DNA of 64,000 bases, from the NCBI GenBank assembly GCA_951406725.2, contig OX597825.1, forward strand, positions 41,602,001 through 41,666,000, given 5' to 3'. Numbering within the stretch: the first letter of the stretch is position 1; each line of letters starts with the position of its first letter. The notes below the pieces were generated by a model. It searched no databases. It was not told where the DNA came from and saw nothing but the letters and a program-made list of their open reading frames with translations. Below, piece by piece: positions 1-12,818 of this stretch. This stretch comes from Octopus vulgaris (Eukaryota). The position numbers and the translations under genes were made by a program.

Positions 1-270
1 TTGACTGGGACTGAAAAACTGGAAGGCTGCACAAAAAACAACAGTCAAAGGACGTGATTTTCACAATTCAGTAAGCTTTGTTCACTTCTTCCTCCCATAC
101 TGCCAATAACTAGCTCAAAGCTACCTTTAAAATATAAACAAAAATGTGTATATATACATATATGTTGATAAGTTTGTGTCTAGGCCCATTCGTGTTGAAA
201 TTTTAATTACTATCAGGAACTGTGGAAGTTTCTTAACATTTATGAAAATTGAAAGATTTAATATCCTTAT

Positions 271-645
271 ATCATCATCCTCGTCGTCGTCATCATTATC
301 ATCATCATCATTTAATATTCATTTTCCATGCTAACATGAGTTTGATGGTTTGACCAGAGCTGGAAAGTTGGAGAGCTGCACTAGGTTCCTGTCTGATTAG
401 GCTTTGTTTCTACAGCTGGATGCTTATCCTAACACCAACCACTTTACAGTGTGCACTGGGTACTTTTAATGTGGCATTTCCATGAGTGCTTTTTACGTGG
501 CGCTGGCACAGGTCTCTTGCAGGCCAATCATCTTCACCACGGAGAGCATCCTTAACACTTCTGCTGTGGAGTATGGGTCTTCATGAGTACAGCAAAGTGC
601 CAGATATCTTAGTCCTTTGTCATCTCATCTGAAGGTTCAGCATCC
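271..645 (-). mobile_element. Degenerate RTE-clade LINE 3' end with (GAT)n tail
   Basis: (CAT)n at 271-311 followed by 'tttaatattcattttccatgctaacatgagtttgatggtttgacc...ctggatgcttatcctaacaccaaccact', matching the reverse complement of the RTE 3' end at 18750-18905. Confidence 0.75.
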
Positions 646-663
646 AATATATATGTATATAGG

Positions 664-747
<84 letters not shown>

Positions 748-754
748 CACACAC
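664..754. repeat. Compound microsatellite (TCTA)n(TA)n(CA)n
   Basis: Directly visible. Confidence 0.95.
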
Positions 755-1800
755 ATAAGGATGTAGAACCATGAAATATATAATTTCTTTTGAAACTGTA
801 TTTTTCTTTGAAACATTTGACATTTAGACAGTGTAAAAGTCCACATAGGATATACTGAATGTGCAGACATAGCAGACATCATTTCTGAAAGTTACAATTC
901 TTCTTATACCTTTGTCGACTTTTCTATTGTGAGTGTTGTCATTTATTACTTTTCTTTTATGTTAAGAAGTAAACCATTTTATCTGTAAAGCAAAATCGAA
1001 GGCCTGACTTATGTATAATATCATTCTGTGATGTTATTGAATAATATTAACCATAATGTTTATATTAGCTATAATACAGTATATTAAGTTTATTAAAGCT
1101 TTACCATCTATGTTGGAAAAGCTTTAACAAATCTTAATATACCACATTACATCTTTATTTTCATATTGGAAATAGTTCATATGGCTATATTTCATAAACT
1201 AATATACAATTCATAAACTCTTCAAACAAAGAGAGAAAGGAGTTAAGAAGGGAGAAAGAGTAAGAGACTGAGATAACTAAAAATGCAGTGATGTCACAAA
1301 CTTTGCTTTGTCTTCCTTCTCCTCCAGCTCTTCATTTCTAAATCTCCATATTGCTTTCAGCCACTTTCTTTTGCATGTTTGCTTTAACTTCCACTTTTAC
1401 TCAGCTACTCACTTTTAGAATCCTTTCTCCTTCTCTCTCTTTCTCTCTTCCTTTTCTTATCATGTTTTTTTACTCTTTCTCATTATTGATTTCACTATAT
1501 TTATTTCTCTTTCTTCTCTCTTCTTCATCTATCAATTTCCCCGTCTCTCCCACCCTCTCTCTCTCTCTTTCTTCACCATTATCAACACCAACATCACTGC
1601 CAGTGTCTCAGCCACCACCAATGCCATAATTACCAACTTTCTATTTCTTATTTTATTTGAGTTACTCCCCTTAGTGTTGCACAATAGTTATGTAGCAACA
1701 TACTGTTGTATCAATATAGACATTTCAGATGCAAGCAGCAGCAAATTAGGAGGAGGACAATTCTCTAATTTTAACAATGTCAGCATTCCTATACTGAAGT

Positions 1801-2100
1801 CATCACCATCATCATCATCATCGCTTAACGTCCACCTTCCATGCTAGCATGGGCTGGACAGTTTGACAGGAACTGGCCTAGCAGGAGCCTGCACCAAACT
1901 TCTGTGTCTGTTTTGGCGTGGTTTTTATGTCTGGATGCCCTTTCTAACACCAACTGCCAAGTAGAGTGGACTGTGTGCTTTTTACGTAGCACAAGCATTG
2001 GTAGGATCATCAAATCACTTGCAAGACAAAGATTCTTTGAGAGGAGAGGGGGAATTGGAGGAAGTGATCTTGTGGCAGATGATGAAAAGTTATAGTGAGA
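1801..2100 (-). mobile_element. RTE-type 3' tail fragment
   Basis: (CAT)n + 'cgcttaacgtccaccttccatgctagcatgggctggacagtttgac...ctggatgccctttctaacaccaac', same terminus as the other RTE copies. Confidence 0.7.
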
Positions 2101-2166
2101 CAGAGAGACAGAAACAAGTGTCTTGGGGAGGTGTACATGGCTAACCAGCCACAGAGAGATGGGGGA

Positions 2167-2203
2167 GAAGAAGAAGGAGAAGGAGAAGAAGAAGAAGAAG
2201 AAG

Positions 2204-2235
<32 letters not shown>

Positions 2236-2250
2236 GTAGTAGTAGTAGTG
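2167..2250. repeat. (GAA)n(GTA)n microsatellite
   Basis: Directly visible. Confidence 0.95.
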
Positions 2251-2648
2251 TGCTGCTATAAAAGAGATACATGGTTACTCAGATTGAGGCAAGAGCAGGA
2301 GAAGGAGAGAAAGTGGAAGACAGCAGGAGTGCAAATACCCTAGTTGCTATATGTTTATGAATGAAGGCTTATTCTAGGATAGTTTATCACATAGAATCTA
2401 CATAACATCAAATTCTTCTTCCAAACTTATAAGTAAAATTCAGACACTAAGGGAGCTGGTTCTTTATGTTCTCCCCCTTTTCGCCTGACACTCAATACAT
2501 ATCACCTCTCTCTAGCATTCTTCATTATTCTCATACCACATCTCTCTATTTGGTAAAGCATTACTATATCTCCTGTCTTCTGCCTTCTCTCTTAATTTGT
2601 AACTTCATAGAATGTTGAATGTGACTTAATTAACTAGTGTCTAGAGTT

Positions 2649-2812
2649 AGGAGCAGGTGTGGATATGTGGCAAGAAGCTTGCTTCTCAACCACATGGTTC
2701 TGGGTTCAGTTCCACTGCATGGCACCTTGGGCAAATGTCTTCTACTATAACCTTGGGTTGACCAAAGTCTCATGAGTGGATCTGGACGGAAACTAAAAAA
2801 AGACTGTCGTAT
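2649..2812 (+). mobile_element. tRNA-derived SINE, family A
   Basis: A-box-like 'tggatatgtggcaagaagc', B-box-like 'gggttcagttcc', central 'ccttgggcaa', 3' 'gagtggat..gacggaaact'; homologous copies at 9325, 9500, 11343, 12630. Confidence 0.8.
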
Positions 2813-2813
2813 T

Positions 2814-2838
<25 letters not shown>

Positions 2839-2844
<6 letters not shown>

Positions 2845-4069
2845 TGCCCCCTTGTTATCGAGTATGGCCATTGCATGAAGCTTAACTGGTATTGGTGATG
2901 TGATCGAATATGACTTTTTACCCAGCTAAAGATCTACAATGTCTTGTACAGAATTGGCAACTAAAACCTTTACCGGTAATAGCTGGCTGTAGTTGTAACT
3001 GGGCTTCATGTACCTTTGCATATCGTTTAAGTCCTCCTGCCAAATTACACTCTCTTCTACATGCTCGACAGATATGATTAGTATGGTGTGTAACACCACC
3101 ACCAGTGGCCAGGTTGTCACTTATCTGTCTCACTTTATGACTCTGAAGATGACTCTTGAGTCCAGCTTTACTGAGGCAGTGTCTTGCACAGACACTGCAT
3201 GTCAGTATCATAGGAAGACCCTTCCCATCTGGAAGTGTAACAACGATGCCCTTCCTGACATCCCTCCTTACTTTCTCATGCACAACTCGAGATTTCTCAA
3301 AAGTAGCTGCACAATCCTTCTCCACCTGCTACGATCAATAGCTATTCCATCCCATGTGTCAGGAGAGATGTAAACATCTCTTAAGGAAGCCTTCAGCAAG
3401 TCCTTATACCTCTTTTTTGGTTTATGTGGACGTCGTTCTCCTTTAGCTAACTCTCCATAAAAGAGTTTTTTTGCATCCTTGAACCTTTCATCCTGACCAG
3501 ATGACCACTCCATCTGAACCTTTGCTTTAACACAAGAGCTTCTATACTTTCACACCGAGAGCCTTCCAATATTTCAAGATCACTGATGCAGTCCTCCCAC
3601 TTAATGCCATAGATCCGTCTAAAACACATCTGATGGAAACATTCCAGTTGTTTAAGGTGGTATCGATATGTGACCCACGTCTTGCAGGCATAGAGAAGGG
3701 AGCACACATGCCTTGTACACCTTTATCTTTGTCTTTCTGCATATGTCTCGCCGATTCCAGAGGCGCCTTTCTAGCCTTCCGAAAGCATCATTCACTAATT
3801 CTGTATGGAATTTCATCATCCAAATTGCTATATCTATTAACAGTGCTTCCCAGGTAGACAAACTGATCAACTACACGTTTACCATACACATAGATATTTG
3901 GTACACTATACTGCTTATCAGGGGTAGGTTGGTACATGACAACAGTTTTCTTGAGATTGACTGTCAATCCTAAGGCAGTGCAAGCATCAGAGAATACATT
4001 CAAAATGTGTTGCATATCAATCTCTGTGTGCGCTACTAGATCACAATCATCTGCATACAAAAGGTCTCT
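2839..4069 (-). mobile_element. 5'-truncated, decayed RTE/BovB-like LINE (RT C-terminus plus C2H2-like fingers) in a (TA)n tract
   Basis: ORF pieces LLYADDCDLVAH, GLTVNLKKTVVM, FVYLGS, AFGRLERRLW, LLYACKTW, RWSGHLVRM, KKLFYGEL; (TA)n on both sides (2814-2838, 4070-4087). Confidence 0.9.
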
Positions 4070-4402
4070 TATATATATATATATATACACACACACCCAG
4101 AACCATGCTAATAGCTTAGGAGTTGAAATTTAGGATTTCTCAGTTTTCTGTGAATCGGTTTTGATAAAACTTTTCCCAACTGTTTTCACACTATGGCAAT
4201 ACCATTGTTATGTTTTCATTATTCTGTGTAATGTTCTTACTTTTTTATTCCAGCTTCTTCAGTTCTTGGGTGAACCACGCTAATAGCTTTCAAGGAAAAT
4301 AGCCCATCTAGACATCTTTTTTTCGGAAAATGAATGGTAGTGATGCATATTTTAAGCATGCATTGAGTATATATTTAACAGAAAACCATAATAATATTAT
4401 AA

Positions 4403-4632
4403 CAATAATAAATCTCTGAACGAGATATAAACAGTAGCTGCATGACAATGTGAGGTATACTTGCCATCTCAATATGGCTAACCATTAAGGGTGGGCGTTA
4501 CTGTAGCTTGTAGCCCCAGGAGAACATCGTCTCCAGCTGGCTTTAGGCACACTTTCTGTGCCCTTATGGTATTTGCAAAGGGAGGTCACCCTTTCCTTAG
4601 TGGTTAGCCATATTGAGATTGCAAGTATACCT
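4403..4632. mobile_element. Palindromic/fold-back repeat, copy 1 (right arm partly deleted)
   Basis: ~37-bp inverted repeats 4454-4490 / 4595-4631; near-identical to 27984-28310. Confidence 0.8.
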
Positions 4633-5082
4633 GGGCTGTGACTGCCGAGGACATGCGTAAGCTCGTGAGGAATGAAGCCAGTATGCTCCGATGGATGTGT
4701 AATGTCAGTGTACATACTCGACAGAGCGTTAGCACCTTGAGAGAAATGTTGTACCTTCCGACTCGTGGCCTATGCCAGCGCCGCCTCCACTGGCTTCCGG
4801 GCCGGTGGCACGTAAAATACACCAATCTGACCGTACGACAGGCACCCATGCCAACCCCCTTGCTTGCGAAGACATGTTGGGGCAAGCGAAATCGAAATCG
4901 AATTGAACCAGCCAGGATCCCTGGTCTGGTGGTACGTAAAAAGCACTATCCGACTCATGGCGTAAAAAGCACTATCCGACTCGTGGCCGATGCCAGCTCC
5001 GCCTCGTCTGGCTTCCGTGCCGGTGGCACATAAAATACACCAATCCGACCGTGGCCATTAAACGATGATGATGATGATGATC
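4632..5082 (+). mobile_element. Internally deleted RTE 3' fragment with (GAT)n tail
   Basis: WAVTAEDMRKLVRNEASMLRWMCNVSVH, then 3' UTR GTGCCGGTGGCAC units and 'ttaaacgatgatg'. Confidence 0.85.
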
Positions 5083-5204
5083 ATCATCATCATCATCATC
5101 ATTGTCATCATCATCATTATCATCATCATCATCATCAACATCATCATCATCACACCTCACAATATTATAACATTTGTTGACATAATGAATTATTTAGCAC
5201 ATAA

Positions 5205-5400
5205 ATGCCATTTCAATGGACAACATTACAAATCCTGTTAGCCATGGAATCTGCCAATTTCTTAATAGTAGGAGGTTGGACTGCCTCTGTTGTAGCTTTG
5301 ATAGTCACCCATTACACATCTATCAATGTAAAGTGGTGTCCATCAGCATAAACAGAAAATCGTCCCGTAATTGCAATTTGAATGGAAATTTTGTTTTCAC
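5205..5400 (-). mobile_element. Tc1/Tc3-like transposase C-terminal remnant
   Basis: Minus-strand translation ...VYADGHHFTLIDV*...PPTIKKLADSMANRICNVVH resembles the Tc1-family C-terminal 'VYANGRQF...LVxSMPNR' motifs. Confidence 0.5.
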
Positions 5401-6169
5401 TACAGAAAGCATATTGTTAGGTTTGTACCACCCGTTTGGGACCCAACTACACTCTAGCTGAGAAGTATAGTTTACCTCATAAATAACATAAACATCCTAA
5501 ATTTAGTGGTGACATTACTGAATATATTACGCATTATTTTAATGTGCTAAACTTATCTTTATTATTATATACGGCATTATAAATAGATATATACAAGATT
5601 TACAGAGAAAAGAGTTAGAATTTGTGATCTGCCCACAGACCTTTTTTCTTTGAAAATTTTTGCCCGCCGTACTAAAAAGTTTCCACATCCCTGATCTAAA
5701 GGAGGATGAACAAAACAAGATGCTTTCCTTTATAACATTGTTACAAAGCGAGTGGCCAGTTAAAACTTGTTCTAAATCTAAAAGAGACACAGAATGTGTG
5801 TGTGTGTGTGTGTACATGTGTGCGTGTGTGCATGTGTGTGTTTGCGTGTGTCTGTGTGTGTGTGTGTTTGTGGGTGTGTGTGAGAGAGAGACAGACAGAC
5901 AGACAGATAATTATATACATATTAGTTATTGGTGAGTTTTACTTTCCTCAGGATGTTTTCTCTGGCTTTTACTTTGTTTTATTTATATATTTATCTATTT
6001 GCTGAACCTTTGGTCATTTAAGCCAGTCACATGGTTGTGGTATGATCTTTTGATAGGAGTTGCAATTCTTCAATATGTCTAAAAATTTTTACATTCCTCA
6101 TATTTTTCAAAATTCTTTATTTAGTTTTTGTTCCTTCCTAGAGCTTTTAACCCAATTTTCTACATCCTA

Positions 6170-6390
6170 ATGTTGAGCTGACAAAACCATTATCATGTTA
6201 GACAAAATGCTTAGTGGTGGTTTTTTTTTTGGTACTTTGTCTTCTGAGTTCAAATCCCACCAAAAAATCAACTGTGCCTTTATCCCTTTTGAGGTTGATA
6301 AAACAGAACCAGTCAAGAACAGAAGTCAGTATATTCAACTTGTTCCCTTCCATTAAAATTGCTAGCCTTGTACCAAAATTTGAAATCATT
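6170..6390 (+). mobile_element. Nin/Deu-domain SINE, family B (degenerate)
   Basis: 'ttctgagttcaaatccc' B box and 'tgcctttatcccttttgaggttgataaa..agaaccag' resembling the Nin domain. Confidence 0.65.
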
Positions 6391-7384
6391 ATTTATAGCT
6401 TTATCTACTTCCAGGCAAACATGTTCTTCGTTTTAGAGTATGTTTTAACTTCTACTTTTACCCCTCTTGACTTCAACACTACTTTCTTCTTCTATCTTTA
6501 TTCAACCATTTGCATTTTTTGCCTCCTTTCTCAAGTTCCTGCTCTCTGCCTTTTCACCCATCTTATACACAACAATTTTTATATAACCTTTCTTGTAGCA
6601 CTCCTAAATTACTTTCTTACTTAATTACTTTCTTACTTCCTACTATCCCAGGTCACACTTTCATCTCATTCCCTTTAGCAATTCTAGCTTGCAGCAAGAC
6701 ACCTCCTCCTAACTCTTCCTCTCTCTCTCTCCCTCTTTCTCTCTCTCCCTCTTTCTCTCTCTCTCTCTCTCTTTCTTTCTTTTCCTTTGTTTCTCTCTCT
6801 CAGATGACACACAAACCCTTCTTCACTCCTCAGTTGAACTTACTGCACTCTCCTAGAAACCCTTCTCAGATCTAACAGGCATCACTAACACTTAGCAGTT
6901 TTAAATTATACAGTAATTAATCAGAGGAGAAGTCTGTAATGAGGTGAAATTAGAAAACATTATGATATTTCTCAAGGTAATTATTATTCATTTTTTACTT
7001 GATTTAATAAGAGCTCCAATTAATTCTAAAATTTTATGAGACTAGAAAAAAAAATTGCTGGTGATATTGAATAGAAATAATTTCTTACACATACCAAAAC
7101 TATAAATGCACAAAAATATAATGAATTGAACGGGACAAGGATACAAGAAACTGAATTGATCTTAGAGTAATTTTATCACCTCTACAATGATGAAAGGCAA
7201 AGTCAACCTTTAAATGCTTTAAAATCAAAGTGTATGCTCAGATATGGCAATACATTTAAGAAATTCACTTCAAGGCTAAGCTTGATCCCACTGCATGGCA
7301 CCTTGGGCAAGTTTCTTGTTTTGTTGTTTTTCATAGTGTCAGGTTGATCAATACTGTGTAAGGGGTATTTCATAGATGGAAACC

Positions 7385-7552
7385 ATATCTATCTATCTGT
7401 CAGTCTGTCTATTTATCAATCTGTCTGTCTGTTTATTTATCTATTTGTCTATCTATCTGTCCATTTATCCACTTGTCTGTTTGTCTTTCTGTCTACCTGT
7501 CTATCAATCTATTTATCTATCTGTCTGTCTCTCTGTTTGCTGGTCTGTTTAT

Positions 7553-7596
<44 letters not shown>

Positions 7597-7710
7597 ATCT
7601 ATCTGTCTATCTATCTGTCTGTCTCTCTGTCTGTCAGTCTATCTACATGTTCATTTGTTTGTGTGTGTACATGTGTGTATGTGTGTGTATGCATGTTTGT
7701 GTGTGTTTGA
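7385..7710. repeat. (TCTA/TCTG)n + (TG)n low-complexity tract
   Basis: Directly visible. Confidence 0.9.
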
Positions 7711-9324
7711 GTTTATGCAACATTTGACACAATGCAGCCAATTAAAAAACAAAAATGCTATTTTGTGAAAAGGCATCTTCATCACTTGATAAGAATCCAG
7801 CACAGATCAGTGGATGTAACTGACTAAAACCAAGTGTCCTTCAAGACAGTACCCTTGCATGGCTACAACACCAGTAACTGAAATTGGTAAAAAAATAAGA
7901 GACAAAACATGTTAATCAAGTTGTCTAGAGTTTCAGATACCATAACTTAAAGTTAACTTACAGCGGAATAAGCTATTTTGTCTGTAGGCTCATGTTTATG
8001 TGTTCAGGTCACACCCAGATATTTTTTTTCAGTCTTTATAACCTCCTCCTTCTCTTCCTCCTTCTCATCTTCATCATTTAACATCCATTTTGCTATACTA
8101 GCTTATGTTGGATAGTTTGTCTTGGGATTCTCATCTTGCACAGATTACAATATATCAACTTTAGTGTGGTTTATGTTTTACAGTGTGAACTGGATCAGTT
8201 TTGTCATCCTAGTTGCACTAGAGTGGTTGTCCTATGTAGGGAAGATTAAAAGAACCTTCCCTTCTAAATAAAAGCAACCTATGATGGTGAGTTCATGTCT
8301 AATTCATGTTCTAGATGCCTTTTTTAACTCTGGTGCATGACACAATGTCCCAGGAGAGGAGCACTAAGGTCTACTCTGCCCCAGTTTTATTTTGAATTAA
8401 TACCTTCATAAACAAGCAAGTTCTAGTACCTTTCGTAGAATATACCTCACAATATTTATAGCACACTTTCTATTGTTGTATACCCTTCTTATTATCAACT
8501 ACTTTACAGGCTAAATGTTGAACACAGAAATAAAAGTTAAAGATAAATTTTGTTTCAAGTAGTAATCTCAGTTATGTACACACATCTCAGATATTTATTT
8601 ATTGACTTAGATTTTATGGATTTTTTTTTCCTGCAGTGCTTCAAGTCAAAGTAAATTTAGTAAGTGATCTACTATATCTAACTCCTCACCAGGATTCAAA
8701 TTTATTTTCAACTGTCCAGTCATGCAATGTTGTGTCAATAAATTATACTATTTCTTACAAAAACACTAATGTTATCTTATTCCAGAATGCCAGAATGGTT
8801 TGTTAATTTCTTGGAGAACTAGTTACTATTCCCAATGGAAGATGCTTCACTTACACTAAAAAAATTTCTGAATACAATTGCTAAACATTAGCTTTCTATT
8901 TATATAGACTTTTCAAGTTACTGATACCTTAAGTGCTAAGCACCTAAGGAACAATATTCAGTATGGTTGTGTTTTGAAATATACATAAGAAATGCCTAAT
9001 AAAGACGTTAATGAATTCTAAACCCTAGACTTTTCTCAAGATCTGTTACAGGTATTTTGCTTTGCATTGAGGTGGACGTATATTTGCAAATGCACCACAT
9101 TACCTAAATGATCTGAAATTAGGGACCTGTCAGGGTGATTTATCTCTCATTCAAATAATATTTTAAAAGGAGTGCTAACACATATTTTTAGAGCTTTTAG
9201 GATACATTGTCCATTTTTTAAAGTTACAAAGTTACTTTAATCAAAGTTTGCAGTTTCATAACAAATCAATATATAACACTCTCTCTCAACCTCTTTCCTT
9301 TTTCTCTCGCACATGGGTGCATAC

Positions 9325-9655
9325 ATAACTGTGTGGTAAAAAGCTTGCTTCCCAACCACATGTTTCTGGGTTCAGTCCCACTGTGTGGCACATTGGGCAA
9401 GTCTCCTCTACTATAGCCTTGGGCTGACCAAAGGCTTCTGGGTGAAATTGATAGACAGAAATTGAAAGAAGCCCATTGTATATGTGTGTGTGTGTGTGTG
9501 TGTGTGGTAAGAAGTTTACTTCCCAACCACATGGGTCCGGGTTTAGTCCCACTCTGTGGCACCTGAGGCAAATGTCTTCTCCTATAGCCTTGGACCAATC
9601 AAAGCCTTGTGAGTGGATTTGGCAGATGGAAATTGAAAGAAGCCCATTGTTTATA
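9325..9655 (+). mobile_element. Two tandem SINE family A copies separated by (TG)n
   Basis: 9325-9478 and ~9500-9650 each carry 'gtgtggtaa..agcttgcttcccaaccacatg...gaaattgaaagaagcccattgt'. Confidence 0.85.
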
Positions 9656-10209
9656 CATACAAGGTGCGATGGGTAATTTGTTGCTATTTTATATTTTTAA
9701 TATATATCCCGGACGAGCCCATCGTTACTTTTAATGGCAGTGCCCCAGCAGGGCCACAGCTCGTGAGCTGAAACTAGATAAAATAAATAAAAAAATACAA
9801 CTAAAAATAAGCGTGTCTGAGAGACACCACCATGCCGAAATAGCAGTCAAATCCCTGACTCTATAAACCACCTAAAATGTTCATATCGCACCATGAAATA
9901 AGACAGAGGGACAAAATAAACTAGCAAAAAGATATTACTGAATAATTCAAGATCCTGGATTTCTATCTTTGCTTTAAATAAGCTTTGCCGTCATCAGTTG
10001 AATATATCAGAGCACATAAATACAAATATATATATGCAGAACAAATGTTATACTTACATATACGAACGTCCATACATATATATATATGCATGTATGTACA
10101 AGGCCAGTTTAAATTGCCCGCCAAATTATTACCTTTGTATGGTATTTTTTCCCATGGTGGCCACTTGATAATATCAATATTTAAATATCGATATTATCCT
10201 TATTTATAA

Positions 10210-10256
<47 letters not shown>

Positions 10257-10294
10257 TATATATACATATACATATACACTAATGTATATATTTC

Positions 10295-10510
10295 TGTGTG
10301 TGAGTGTCTGTGTTTATCACCCAACCATTGCTTGACAACCAATGCTGGTGTGTTTATGTCCCTGTAATATAGCTGTTCATCAAAAAAGACCAATAGAATA
10401 AGTACTAGGCTTACAAAGAATAAGTCCTTGGATCGATTTCTTTGACTAAAGCCCTTTAAGTTAGTGCCTCAGCATGGCCACTGTAAAATGAAGTAAAAGA
10501 ATAAAAGAAT
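10295..10510 (+). mobile_element. SINE-like repeat, family C (3' module)
   Basis: 'gcttgacaacc..tggtgtgtttatgtccctgtaa...agaataagtac...cagcatggcc'; inverted homolog at 12400-12620. Confidence 0.7.
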
Positions 10511-10656
10511 GGAAGGATATATCTATATAGATATAGATATATAACCTTAGGTCCTGATGGGCTATAAATGTAGGGTATTTCCAAAGAAGTACACAATCTG
10601 AGTTCTGGGCTATTAACACAGTCAGATTTCAGACTAGTACCGAAATTCTTCAAACA

Positions 10657-10689
<33 letters not shown>

Positions 10690-11342
10690 AAGAGAGAGAG
10701 AGTGTGTGTTTGTCTGTATACTTCAAGGAATATCAGTGTATATGATACTACCAGTTGGCTAGATAGAATCACATATTGCAGATAGTAACTTAATCCATAC
10801 TGCAGTTGTTGGGTAAATTTCAGTTCCGATTTCTTATCAATGATCTGATTCATTGGTGGTTCCTTGGTGTGGCACATGGATAGCTAATAAATGGCATTTA
10901 AATTTGTGGCAATTATTTCACCAGAATGTATTAATGCAGTCATAACAAATCACATCATATCACATAGATTTCCAGCTCCTCAAGTGTTACATAAACCACA
11001 GCTTCACTCACCAGCTTTTGAACATATATAAATATATGCATATGTGTGTGTGTATTATATATGCGTGTGTGTGTGTGTGTATGTATATATTTATATGTAT
11101 ATATGTATACATATAATGTACTGTTCCGTGATGGTAAGATGAACCAAAAAATGTACTCCATCTGGTGAGATAAATATTATTTAATAGATGCAATGCATGT
11201 TTTATGTGCTACATATAGTTTCATATGGTAAGAAGTACTTCAAACGTTCATCAGGTGCAAACCACATATCAGAATGTGTGTATGTGTGTGTGTTTATGTG
11301 TATGTATGTGTGTATGCATGTATGCAATATATGCATCTATTG

Positions 11343-11497
11343 GCACAGGTATGGCTGTGTGGTAAGAAGCTTACTTCCCAACTACATGGTTCCAGTTTCA
11401 GTCCCACAATGTGGAACTCTAGACATGTGCCTTCCACTAAAGCCTTCCACTAAAGCCTTATGAATGGATTTAGTAGATGGAAACTGAAAGAAGCTTG
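11343..11497 (+). mobile_element. SINE family A
   Basis: 'tggctgtgtggtaagaagcttacttcccaac...gatggaaactgaaagaagc' with (TG)n tail. Confidence 0.8.
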
Positions 11498-11503
11498 TGT
11501 GTG

Positions 11504-11546
<43 letters not shown>

Positions 11547-12122
11547 CTTTATATATGATCAAACAGATTCCAGGGTGTCTTACATCTTCTGAGTTAAAAA
11601 TTGTTTCTGCAGTTCATAGATAGCCTGCTAAGTTGCTGGCTGGGGAATGCTTGAGGGAAATGTCTTAAAACAGCTGTAAGAGATATCTGCACATCTTCCT
11701 TCTTCACATTTAAATTTGAATTATATCTATTGATACTAGGTATCTAATCTCAATAGTACAGAGAACCATTATGAACATTTCTCAACCAATCTTTTATTGA
11801 TCTCTTGTGATCTAAACTCTGGAAACATACCTTTCTACCCACAAGTTGTGTCAATATATATAAATCTACTAGTGTTCTAATCTGGCCAGATACCTGCTCT
11901 TTGCTTTTCTAAACCTTTATTTGAATTTTACTTTTACCAGTTGTACTACCTATAGACAATTCTCAGTTATGCATAACATACTTGCATTTTTAGCTGCAGT
12001 TCAAGTTTGGAGTCAAAGCAGAAGGTCAACCTTAGGACTATTTGTATGTACTTATTATCTTACACCACTAGAAGTAATTTACCTGAAATATCTATTAATC
12101 TATCTGTCTGTCTGTTTGTCTA

Positions 12123-12339
12123 TGAGGTGGTGCTGAAAAGTTCTTGGCTTTAAGTAAAAGTAAATACAGGAGGATTAGTTAATTATAATTTTAATCAAAA
12201 TATTTCTCTCTCAGATTCACACACTTATTGCAAAAGTCTTTCAGTTTTTCTAAGTTCCATAAAAGAACTCAGAAGGCTGGGCCTCAAGTAAGGCCTTTCA
12301 TGATACTCTTAAAGCCAGGAAATGTTCAGTACCCCCTCA
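12123..12339. mobile_element. Mariner-type MITE (~217 bp) with TA target duplication
   Basis: TIRs 'tgaggtggtgctgaaaagttcttggcttt' and 'aaagccaggaaatgttcagtaccccctca', TA on both sides. Confidence 0.8.
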
Positions 12340-12399
12340 TACACACACACACGTGCACAAGCACGCACTTGTACATACAAGCATGTACATATCTCTAGT

Positions 12400-12770
12400 A
12401 TTTTATTTGCATCAGTCATTAGACTGCAGCCATGCTGGAGCACTGGTTTGAAGAACTTTTATTTGAATAAATCGATTCCCATGCTTATTTACTTCAAGTC
12501 TGTTATTCTATCATTGCTTTTTGCCAAACTGCTAAGTTATAGGGACATAAACAAAGTAACACCAGTTGTCAAGCAGTGGTGGGGAACAAACACAGATACA
12601 AAGACACATACACACACACACATATATATGATGGGCTTCTTTTAGTTTCCATCTACCCAAAAAATCCACTCACAAGGCTATGGTCAACTTGAGGCTACAG
12701 TAGAAGACACTTGCCCAAGGTACCATGCAGTGGGAATCAAGCTTCCTACCACACAACCATGCCTGCTCCT
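12400..12770 (-). mobile_element. SINE family A head (12630-12770) joined to family C module (12400-12620)
   Basis: Reverse complements of the 11343 and 10295 repeats, joined by (CA)n. Confidence 0.75.
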
Positions 12771-12772
12771 AT

Positions 12773-12803
<31 letters not shown>

Positions 12804-12818
12804 GTGTGTGGGTGTATA

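Noticed and set aside
755-857. Minus-strand 'ILCGLLHC' resembling an ADAM cysteine-rich motif after a cag acceptor
   Set aside because: Surrounding residues do not fit, there is no good donor and no companion exons.
2918-3325. Host C2H2 zinc-finger gene
   Set aside because: Collinear with RTE RT fragments and ends at the LINE 3' terminus; no TGEKP linkers.
4760-5056. Repeat-spacer pattern resembling a CRISPR array (also 18575-18745, 25540-25745)
   Set aside because: Eukaryotic context with no cas genes; the 'spacers' are homologous to each other and the units are part of the RTE 3' UTR.
5640-5693. hAT-like terminus 'aaaaagtttccacatccctg'
   Set aside because: No matching opposite TIR or 8-bp TSD found by eye.
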